A stretch of 64,000 bases of DNA, taken from contig CAZJQG010000004.1 in NCBI GenBank assembly GCA_964548415.1, positions 4,259 through 68,258 of the forward strand. The letters are read 5' to 3'. Within the stretch, counting starts at the first letter, position 1. Each line of letters starts with the position of its first letter. Below, piece after piece: positions 17,857 to 25,610 of this stretch. The notes below the pieces were generated by a model. The model saw nothing but the letters and a program-made list of their open reading frames with translations, ran no database searches and had not been told where the DNA came from. The DNA is from an uncultured Dehalococcoidales bacterium (lineage in GTDB: Bacteria; Chloroflexota; Dehalococcoidia; GIF9; UBA5629). The position numbers were made by a program, and so were the translations under genes.

Positions 17857-17890
17857 TAAAAGGGGGAGTCCAGTACTGGACTCCCCCTTT
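17857..17890. terminator. Bidirectional intrinsic terminator between convergent genes
   Basis: AAAA-GGGGGAGTCC-AGTACT-GGACTCCCCC-TTTT is a perfect 10-bp stem flanked by A- and T-tracts. Confidence 0.85.
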
Positions 17891-17913
17891 TCTTTGTCTG
17901 CTTTGCTGCGTAG

Positions 17914-18606
17914 TTACGGTACGTTGGTCCACGAGCCGGACGTCGTGGGATAGAAACGGATCTGCATCAGCTTCAAGCCCTGATTGTCATAGTCCCAGAA
18001 GTAAGACAGGAGCGTCGGCACGTTGAATACCCATACATTGGTAAAGGTGGTATAAATATTGGAATCAAACGTACCGGAAGCGTCGACATCGATCCAGCCG
18101 CTGGCGCGGAAGATGTCACTGATGTTAACCGGCTTCGGAGTTCCCTTACCTCTTTTGAGTTCGAAGGAACCCATTAGCAGGCTGCCGTAGGTACCATCTT
18201 CGAACGTGACGGTGGCGTCCACGTTAGCCAGTCCAACCGGTTTGCCCAGAGCGGTGGCGTACACATTGAAGGACAGGGTGCCGTAATCCTGGAAAGGAAC
18301 GGCAATGGTGGCACTGCCATCTGTGGCATTTCCATCCAGAACTTCAAACTGGTCAGGATTGGCAACGTTACGAACAACAAATATGTGGCATGACTTCACC
18401 TCGCCGCTGGCGCCCAGCGGTACGAATATGGTGTGACGGCTTGAATCCGTCATGTCTGCGGTCTTGCCGTGCGGGACACCTATGATGTTAAGGTTATAGT
18501 GCGTGCCATTGTCCGGGATTTCGGAACCAATTCCGGCGAATGCCGGGCTCACTCCCAGGGTGAGCACTGCCAGCATACTGAGAATTAGTGCGATTAATTT
18601 TTTCAT
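17914..18606 (-). CDS. Secreted hypothetical protein (signal peptide, no recognisable family)
   Basis: The signal peptide is MKKLIALILSMLAVLTLGVSPAFA. The ORF has even coding-like composition. I recognise no motif. Confidence 0.6.
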   Translation of the reverse strand: MKKLIALILSMLAVLTLGVSPAFAGIGSEIPDNGTHYNLNIIGVPHGKTADMTDSSRHTIFVPLGASGEVKSCHIFVVRNVANPDQFEVLDGNATDGSATIAVPFQDYGTLSFNVYATALGKPVGLANVDATVTFEDGTYGSLLMGSFELKRGKGTPKPVNISDIFRASGWIDVDASGTFDSNIYTTFTNVWVFNVPTLLSYFWDYDNQGLKLMQIRFYPTTSGSWTNVP

Positions 18607-18939
18607 TTAGATATTTCCTCATTGTTGTTGGTTAACTCCCCTCGATGAAGGTGCTACATACCTGGATTAATATACATATCTTTAAGGCCACCGCATTGCT
18701 GAACTAGGGAACGGTAGCCGGAACATTTGTCAGGTTATTTCATGGTGTATCACATCCTTGTAACAGTAAAACGAAGACGGATTGAGCGGCTGTTTAGTGT
18801 TTATTGATTACTTTGGTACACAGCGACGAATGACGTATATACCAAAGTACATGTCTTGTTTTTAAGGACCGGAAAATAGTATTTTAGATGAGACATTTGT
18901 CACATCTTAATTTCCCATTGTGTTGTATATTATTATTAG

Positions 18940-19215
18940 AGTTAAGAAGAGGAGGTGAGGGCAATGCCAGAAAGATATCTGCTATGCCGACTCTTGATCG
19001 GTAGTCGCCCTCAGCCGGCAGGGTAGTGGAAGTCGTGGTGAAGATGAATTGCCGGAGGAGGGGCGCGAAGGTTCCCGAGCTCCTCAGCGAGCGTTGAGGG
19101 TTCATCCGCAAGGATTTCTCCAAAAACGAGCCAGTTTGATGTAGTCAACCAAAAGGGAGGAGTAGTGGAACGAAGCTAGGGACAGGCTCGAAGCTATCGA
19201 GGCTGTCCTTTTTTA
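18940..19215 (+). ncRNA. Candidate structured RNA / cis-regulatory leader ending in an intrinsic terminator (class unknown)
   Basis: The 700-nt gap has no credible ORF. Nested helices are CCCTCA(19008)/TGAGGG(19094), CCGGCA/TGCCGG, GAGGAG/CTCCTC, CGACT/AGTCG and an ATCC-GCAA-GGAT GNRA hairpin. The terminator is GGACAGGCTCG-AAGCTAT-CGAGGCTGTCC plus T6 at 19170-19215. Confidence 0.3.
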
Positions 19216-19311
19216 TGCCTGACAGCCCAAAAATTAAACCTTTTTGCTTCTTTACTCGTTAAATAAGTAAAATAGGATTGTTGACATAAGTTCACGAAGA
19301 GGCCGAAGAAG

Positions 19312-19596
19312 ATGTGGCAAGTTAATTTTTGCCCCAATTGTGGAGCTAGGGCTGCGAGCAACAGTATATTTTGCGGGACGTGCGGTTTTAATCTGGCAAT
19401 GGTAGTTCCCCAGGTACCGCCCATGCATTATGAATATCAGTTGCCTTTTCAGCAGTGGGTACCATGTGGGGCTTCCTATCATGAGGCTGGTAGCTATGCG
19501 AGTAGAGAAGATAGGAATGCTTCGCCTATGAGCGCCCAGATTTCCAAGCTGCTCGAAGAGTTATTCGAAAAACGCGTTAGATACGATAAGAGCTAA
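19312..19596 (+). CDS. Small zinc-ribbon protein (94 aa)
   Basis: The N-terminal CPNCG-x12-CGTCG is a zinc ribbon. The rest has no recognisable family. Confidence 0.6.
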   Translation: MWQVNFCPNCGARAASNSIFCGTCGFNLAMVVPQVPPMHYEYQLPFQQWVPCGASYHEAGSYASREDRNASPMSAQISKLLEELFEKRVRYDKS

Positions 19597-19619
19597 GGGT
19601 TCACAATCTCAAATATAAA

Positions 19620-19651
19620 GGCAGCCTCCCCAAGGGAGGCTGCCTTTTTTA
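19620..19651. terminator. Bidirectional intrinsic terminator between convergent genes
   Basis: AAAG-GCAGCCTCCC-CAA-GGGAGGCTGC-CTTTTTT. Confidence 0.85.
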
Positions 19652-19676
19652 TATCAGTTTTATTTACAGGAACTGT

Positions 19677-21119
19677 CTACAGTGCGGCGTCAAGGTTCGT
19701 ATTTTCGAGCAATTGCGCCGAATCGGTAGCTGATGGGACGGTAGCAGCCGGGACTTCTATGGGAATCACAGGCTGAATCATGGCTGGTGCTGATGGCATC
19801 GGCTGAATTACAGGTTCCGGGGCTGCAACCGGCTGTTGATAGTTAGTTATGACTGGTTCCGGTCTTGGAACGGGCTCGATAACAGGCATGGATTGTACTA
19901 CCACGGGTGTTGGGTCCATAACCGGCATAGGTTCGACTGCCACCGGCGCTGGCTGGGAAATCGGCATGGGTTCCACTACCACCGGCGCCGGTTCCATAAC
20001 CGGCAGAGGTTGCACCGCTACTGGTACAGGTTCAATAACCGGGAGTGGTTCCGCAGCCAGGGGTGCCGGTTCCGTAACCGGTAGGGGTTCTACTGCTACT
20101 GGTGCGGGTTCTATAACTGGCGCTGTCTCGACAACAACCGGCGCTGGTTCTGTCAGTACCTGTTCGGTCACGATAACCGGTTCAGTTGCTGGAGCCACAT
20201 CAATAGAAGGTTCATTTGCCACCGATTGAGTTGGCTCTGATATCTGCGGTTCAACCGGCACTTCGGTGACTACCGGGGATACATCGAAAGCCGGTTCGCT
20301 TGGAGTTGCTTCAAGTGTCGGTTCGGGTACCGTCGTTGTCGTATTGATGACAAGTTCAGGTTCTGGCTCAGTCGTCACTACCGGTGATGTTGGTTCCGCA
20401 AGCGGTGATTCAGCTTGCACTTCCGGCGTGGCTGTGACTGTGCCATCAATAGTTGGCTGGTCTATAGTGTCAACCGTTGGCGAATTCTCAACCACGGGCT
20501 CGGATGGGGTCTCGGGTGCGATCGCAGGCGGGTCGGCTGATGCGATGGGGCTGGCTGGCATCGTGATTGCATCCGGAGGTGAGACGGGGGCTTCGACAAC
20601 TACGGGGTGTGGACATCCAGGGGGAGCTGGCGGCTCAGGACCATCCGGGGGATGTGAGCAGGGTGGATGTGGGTGTGGGTGTGGGAAAGGAGGAGGACAA
20701 TGCATCCACGGGACGTAATATTGACAGTAGTTATTGTAATACCACGATAAGTAATAACACTGGTTCAATTGACCGGGGTAAAAGCCGATAGGCGTGCAGG
20801 GACTGTAACAATAAGGTGTAGTTGTCACGCAGCCATACGGGTTTACCACGCAAGTCTGAGCTGTCTTCTGACAGGTAGTGCAGTCTTGTGACGTCTGATT
20901 CAGCTGGTTTTGAAGCTGAGTATTTTGATTTTGTAGGTTTTGGAGTGCCGTTTGCGTAGACTGCAGGCTATTTTGAGTCGTTGCCAGAGACAGGCTTAAT
21001 GCCTGTACCTGGTATTGTAATTCTGCCAGCTCTTTCTCGCTGGCTGAAGGGGCGCAGGCAGAGCCAACAAGTGCAATAATAAGCAGAAGGGAAGCTAGTC
21101 CGAACACCTTTTTTAACAT
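19677..21119 (-). CDS. Secreted protein: Q/N-rich coiled-coil segment, Cys/His-rich segment, long Pro/Val/Glu-rich degenerate repeat tail
   Basis: The signal peptide is MLKKVFGLASLLLIIALVGSACA. GGAGG lies 6 nt upstream of the ATG at 21119. Heptad-like LQNLQNQNTQLQNQLNQ is followed by PPFPHPHPHPPCSHPP. About 12 degenerate (E/Q)P(A/V/M)PV(A/V)V units follow. Confidence 0.7.
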   Translation of the reverse strand: MLKKVFGLASLLLIIALVGSACAPSASEKELAELQYQVQALSLSLATTQNSLQSTQTALQNLQNQNTQLQNQLNQTSQDCTTCQKTAQTCVVNPYGCVTTTPYCYSPCTPIGFYPGQLNQCYYLSWYYNNYCQYYVPWMHCPPPFPHPHPHPPCSHPPDGPEPPAPPGCPHPVVVEAPVSPPDAITMPASPIASADPPAIAPETPSEPVVENSPTVDTIDQPTIDGTVTATPEVQAESPLAEPTSPVVTTEPEPELVINTTTTVPEPTLEATPSEPAFDVSPVVTEVPVEPQISEPTQSVANEPSIDVAPATEPVIVTEQVLTEPAPVVVETAPVIEPAPVAVEPLPVTEPAPLAAEPLPVIEPVPVAVQPLPVMEPAPVVVEPMPISQPAPVAVEPMPVMDPTPVVVQSMPVIEPVPRPEPVITNYQQPVAAPEPVIQPMPSAPAMIQPVIPIEVPAATVPSATDSAQLLENTNLDAAL

Positions 21120-21208
21120 GGCATACCTCCGAGCCTTAATGTTTAACATGGTTTGTTCAGGAAACGACCAAGCGAGTACACAAACCCATGTTCCGGTGGA
21201 CTATTTGA

Positions 21209-21237
21209 ACTATAAATCAGCAAATCCGGTTTGTCAA
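21209..21237 (-). promoter_or_regulatory. Sigma-70-like promoter (TTGACA-17-TATAGT) for the Pro-rich secreted protein gene
   Basis: On the minus strand, TTGACA is at 21237-21232, the spacer is 17 nt and TATAGT is at 21214-21209. Confidence 0.5.
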
Positions 21238-21330
21238 ATGGCGAGCAGACATGAACAGAAGATATTCCAGTAAATGGACACAAATTTTACAATTCATTTA
21301 TGATTGACATAAAATAATAGGTGGAACGGG

Positions 21331-24300
21331 TCATGGACTATGGGGACCTGGCAGTGGTGCATAAACCATCTCGTAGAGACGGGCGTATAGTCCGCCGCGG
21401 CGCAATAATTCCTGATGACGGCCCTGCTCCACAAGGCGCCCGTCGTCGATGACCAGTATCAGGTCAGCATCCCGAATAGTCGACAGCCGGTGAGCGATGA
21501 CTACGGTAGTTCTGCCTCTGAGCAGATTTTGCAGACCTTGTTGGAGGACGCGCTCGCTATAAGAGTCGACGCTAGCAGTAGCTTCATCCAGCAGCAGAAT
21601 TGCCGGATTGGCTAGTAGCGCCCGGGCAAAGCTGATTAGCTGGCGCTGTCCCATGCTCAGATTCTGTGCGCGTTCTTGAAGCTCGGTGTCGTAGCCCTTC
21701 TCCAGCCTCATAATGAAATCGTGAGCGCCAACCGTGGTAGATGCAGCAACTATTGCCTCCTCGCTGGCCTCCAGTTTGCCGTAACGAATATTGTCGCGCA
21801 CCGTTCCGGAGAAGAGGAATGGGTCCTGAAGCACCAGCCCCAACTGTCGACGGTAGCTGCCCACATCGATGTCGCGCAAATCACGGCCGTCGATAAGGAT
21901 TCTGCCCTTGTCGACATCGTAGAAGCGGGCGATGAGGCTGACAACGGTGCTCTTGCCGGCGCCTGTCGGCCCTACCAGGGCTATAGTTTTTCCCTGCGGG
22001 ATGTGCAGGTTTATATCGTGAATTACCTCTATACCCGGCTCATAGCTGAATGACACTCCCTCAAACTTGATATCGCCCTGTATTCTATCCAGTTTTTGTT
22101 TACCGGTAGCCAATTCCGGCTTCACATCCAGCAACTCGAAGACGCGGGCGCCTGAAGCCATGGCCATCTGCAATTGGGTATATTCCATAGTCAGCGACCT
22201 GATGGGGTCGAAGAAGTTCTGCATGTACAGAATGAACGCCAGTAGCGTGCCTACCAGCAGTGTGCCGTTAAGCACGCCGGTACCGCCAAAAAAGACGATG
22301 ATAACCGTCGATAGCGCCAGCAGCAGCTCCACTCCGGGCATCATACCGGACGATAATCTGGCTGCATGTACGTTGGCCTCGAAATGTCCGTAATTTACAC
22401 GCTCGAAGTGCTGGGAATTCAACTCTTCGCGTGACAGGCTTTGAATCACCCGCACACCGGAGATGTTCTCCTGCAGTGCGGCATTCACCGGGGCTAGCGC
22501 CTGCCTGACCTTGATGAATGAGCGGCGGGCTGTGGTCTGCCATAGCATTATGAACAGAAACAACAGCGGTACTACTACCAGAGTGAGCAATGCCAGTTTC
22601 AGGTTCATGGCAAACATAGCGATGACTATAGCGATCAGGCTTATTATCTCGCCGGCTACCCAGAAGACTCCTGAATCCAGAAAATCTCCGACCTCACCAA
22701 CGTCGTCCTGAACGCGGGACATAACGCGGCCTACCTCGTTGCTTTCGATAAATCTCAAAGGCAGACGCTGCAAGTGGTCGAATAGCTGGCTGCGCAAGTG
22801 GAGCAGTATGCTCTGGCCGAGCCGCGCTTCAGCCCGGATTTGCGCATAATAAGATATCCCGTTGAGCAACGCTACGCCGATGAATATCAGTACGATTACA
22901 TTCAGTCCGGAAAGATTGCCAGCTACGATATAGTTATCTTCAGCCACTCCTACCAGATACGGGTTGGCCACTATGGTTATGGTGTAGAGCAGTGTAGCTA
23001 CGATAGTGAGCGGTAGCGCTACTTTATAGGTAGCGAAATATCTGGCTAGCCTTGAGACTAGGCGAGAGTCATAAGGCTTGCCGAAGACGATATCATCCGA
23101 GATGCGAAGGCTGGTGGCATGTTCGCTTCGGGCGCGTGTGGGCTGCCTCATAGCGCCTTCCGGGCAGACGGAGGCTGTTTCTTCTTCAACCATGGCTGGA
23201 AGCGAGGATTCGATAAAGTCTTCCTGGTGCTCGAACTGGAGGCCGTAAAGCTGCTGGTACCAGCCGTTCCGGGCCAGCAGTGCCTCGTGGTTGCCGCGCT
23301 CCACTATCTGACCATCCTTAAGCACCAATATCAAATCGGCCATCTGCACCGAACGCAGCCGGTGGGCGATAATGAAGGTAGTACGACCAGCGGGCAATTC
23401 AGCCAGGGCTTGCTGCAGCAGGTACTCGGTTTCGGCATCCAGGCTCGACGTGGAATCGTCCATTATTAGGATACGCGGGTTGAGCAATATTGTGCGGGCG
23501 ATGGCCAGCCGCTGTTTCTGACCGCCGGATAGGGTAACGCCGCGCTCACCAACCCAGGTCTCGTAGCCATCGGGTAGGCTCATTATGAAGTCATGGAGTC
23601 GTGCAGTTTTGGCGGCCTCCATTATTTCTCCCAGGCTGGCATCGGGCTTCCCATAGCTGATGTTTTCCCGGATGGTGGCCGAGAATAAGAAAGTATCCTG
23701 GTGAACGATGCCGACGTGTTTTCTGAGTGAGGCCAGCGGCATATCGCGGATATCCACATCATCGATGGTGATGCGCCCGGCAGTAACATCGTAGAACCGC
23801 GGTATCAAATTGGCTATTGTAGATTTACCGCTGCCGCTGGCGCCCACGAGGGCAATTATCTGCCCGGGCTGTGCTTCGAAGCTGACATCCTTCAGGGCGG
23901 TGCCATGCGAATCGTAGCTGAAAGAAACATTTTCGAATTTAACCAGACCTCTAATGTACCGGACATCGGCGGCACCAGGTTTCTCCTGTACCGGGGATAC
24001 CTGGTCTATTATTTCGAAAATACGTTTTCCAGAAGCCATAGCCCGTGAGAACAGTATACTCAACCAACCGAGTATGTAGACGGGCGTGCTGAGCATTACC
24101 AGGTAAATCAGGAACTGGGCCAACTCGCCCTGCGTCAGGCTGCCGGCTATTACCAGTCGGCCGCCGTACCACAGGACAAAACCCATGGCCAGCAGCAAGG
24201 CAAAACTCATGACCGGGCTGTTTGATGCCAGAAGATTGTTGCTCTCAATCTCCTGGTTATAGATGACTTCGGCCTGGCTGTGGAACTTTTTACTTTCGAA

Positions 24301-24945
24301 CTCTTCGCGGGCGAAAGCCCTGACCACTCTAACTCCGGTCAAGTTTTCCTGCAGGATGGTACCGAGGTCGCCTATGCCCTGCTGTATCTTTGCCCACAGC
24401 ACGCGCAATGTCCGGTTTATAGAGACGGTGCGGAAAGAAATGAAGGGCAGCACGCTTAAGCTGATAAGCGCCAGTTTCCAGTTGAGTATCAAAAGGACCA
24501 CTGTTATGGCCACCATGAGCAACACGAAATAAAGTCCCCGTAGCAGCGCAAAACCGACGAACATGCGGACGGCCTCCACGTCAGAAGTAGCCCGCGACAT
24601 GAGTTGGCCTGTCTGTGACCGGTCGTGGAAGGCGTAGCTGAGCGTCTGAAGCCGGTTATAGATTGTATTGCGGAGGTCGTAAGCGACTCTATTGGAAAGG
24701 AACTCGGCCAGATATCCCTGGCCGTAGCTAAACAGGCTACGAAATACACCGGCAATAAGTATGGCCAGGGCTAACAGCACCAGTGCACTATGCTGGCCGG
24801 CGCCTAGAGCCAGGTCGATAGCCTGGCCGGTGAACTGCGGTATTAGTATAGTTAGCGCTGCTCCGGCAAACAGGCAGATGTAAGCCAGTGCTGCCCGGGG
24901 CCAATATTTCCAGAACAACGCGCCAACTCGTATAAAGATGCGCAT
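21331..24945 (-). CDS. Fused full-length ABC exporter (TMD-NBD-TMD-NBD, 1204 aa) of the MsbA / multidrug half-transporter type
   Basis: There are two six-helix TMDs and two NBDs. The first NBD has Walker A GASGSGKST, signature LSGGQKQR and Walker B ILIMDDSTS. The second has GPTGAGKST, LSMGQRQL and ILLLDEATA. A ~45-aa linker joins the halves in one uninterrupted ORF. Confidence 0.9.
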   Translation of the reverse strand: MRIFIRVGALFWKYWPRAALAYICLFAGAALTILIPQFTGQAIDLALGAGQHSALVLLALAILIAGVFRSLFSYGQGYLAEFLSNRVAYDLRNTIYNRLQTLSYAFHDRSQTGQLMSRATSDVEAVRMFVGFALLRGLYFVLLMVAITVVLLILNWKLALISLSVLPFISFRTVSINRTLRVLWAKIQQGIGDLGTILQENLTGVRVVRAFAREEFESKKFHSQAEVIYNQEIESNNLLASNSPVMSFALLLAMGFVLWYGGRLVIAGSLTQGELAQFLIYLVMLSTPVYILGWLSILFSRAMASGKRIFEIIDQVSPVQEKPGAADVRYIRGLVKFENVSFSYDSHGTALKDVSFEAQPGQIIALVGASGSGKSTIANLIPRFYDVTAGRITIDDVDIRDMPLASLRKHVGIVHQDTFLFSATIRENISYGKPDASLGEIMEAAKTARLHDFIMSLPDGYETWVGERGVTLSGGQKQRLAIARTILLNPRILIMDDSTSSLDAETEYLLQQALAELPAGRTTFIIAHRLRSVQMADLILVLKDGQIVERGNHEALLARNGWYQQLYGLQFEHQEDFIESSLPAMVEEETASVCPEGAMRQPTRARSEHATSLRISDDIVFGKPYDSRLVSRLARYFATYKVALPLTIVATLLYTITIVANPYLVGVAEDNYIVAGNLSGLNVIVLIFIGVALLNGISYYAQIRAEARLGQSILLHLRSQLFDHLQRLPLRFIESNEVGRVMSRVQDDVGEVGDFLDSGVFWVAGEIISLIAIVIAMFAMNLKLALLTLVVVPLLFLFIMLWQTTARRSFIKVRQALAPVNAALQENISGVRVIQSLSREELNSQHFERVNYGHFEANVHAARLSSGMMPGVELLLALSTVIIVFFGGTGVLNGTLLVGTLLAFILYMQNFFDPIRSLTMEYTQLQMAMASGARVFELLDVKPELATGKQKLDRIQGDIKFEGVSFSYEPGIEVIHDINLHIPQGKTIALVGPTGAGKSTVVSLIARFYDVDKGRILIDGRDLRDIDVGSYRRQLGLVLQDPFLFSGTVRDNIRYGKLEASEEAIVAASTTVGAHDFIMRLEKGYDTELQERAQNLSMGQRQLISFARALLANPAILLLDEATASVDSYSERVLQQGLQNLLRGRTTVVIAHRLSTIRDADLILVIDDGRLVEQGRHQELLRRGGLYARLYEMVYAPLPGPHSP

Positions 24946-25074
24946 TTTCTTATATTTATATTAGCACGTACCAGCCGTTGGATGCTGGACTTATGTTTTG
25001 GGCTTTGTTAGACTTACGCGGATATTTCGGCTCATTTTAAGGAGTTATTTAACTAGCCGCAAAGGAGGTAAACC

Positions 25075-25599
25075 ATGCAGTGGTCCAGCCCGCCGGCAAT
25101 GACTATTGACCAGAACAAACAGTATACAGCAACCGTCAAGTCCAATTACGGAGATATTACGGTTCAGCTTTTCCCTAAAGACGCACCGCTGGCTGTGAAT
25201 AATTTTGTTTTTCTATCACGACAGAGTTTTTATAACGGAGTCAAGTTTCATCGCGTAGTTAAAGGTTTCGTAATTCAGGGAGGCGACCCGACGGGCACCG
25301 GCAGGGGCGGGCCAGGCTACAAGTTCGCCGATGAGCCGGTAACTAAAGACTACGTAGCCGGCACACTGGCGATGGCTAATGCCGGACCGAATACCAATGG
25401 CAGCCAGTTCTTCATCACGTTAGCCGACCTCAGCGGCAGGCTGCCCAAGAACTACACTATCTTTGGCCTGGTTACGGCTGGGATGGATGTAGTTCAGAAA
25501 ATAGGGGCCGTGCCGGTAAAATCCGAAGCGCCCGGAGATGAGGTCTCATCGCCAACAGCGGACGTTCATATAGACGGCGTTGTTATTGAGGAGAAATAA
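25075..25599 (+). CDS. Cyclophilin-type peptidyl-prolyl cis-trans isomerase
   Basis: FHRVVKGFVIQGGDPTGTGRGGPGY...GTLAMANAGPNTNGSQFFIT. AAAGGAGG lies upstream of the ATG. Confidence 0.9.
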   Translation: MQWSSPPAMTIDQNKQYTATVKSNYGDITVQLFPKDAPLAVNNFVFLSRQSFYNGVKFHRVVKGFVIQGGDPTGTGRGGPGYKFADEPVTKDYVAGTLAMANAGPNTNGSQFFITLADLSGRLPKNYTIFGLVTAGMDVVQKIGAVPVKSEAPGDEVSSPTADVHIDGVVIEEK

Positions 25600-25610
25600 G
25601 CCAAATCTAG

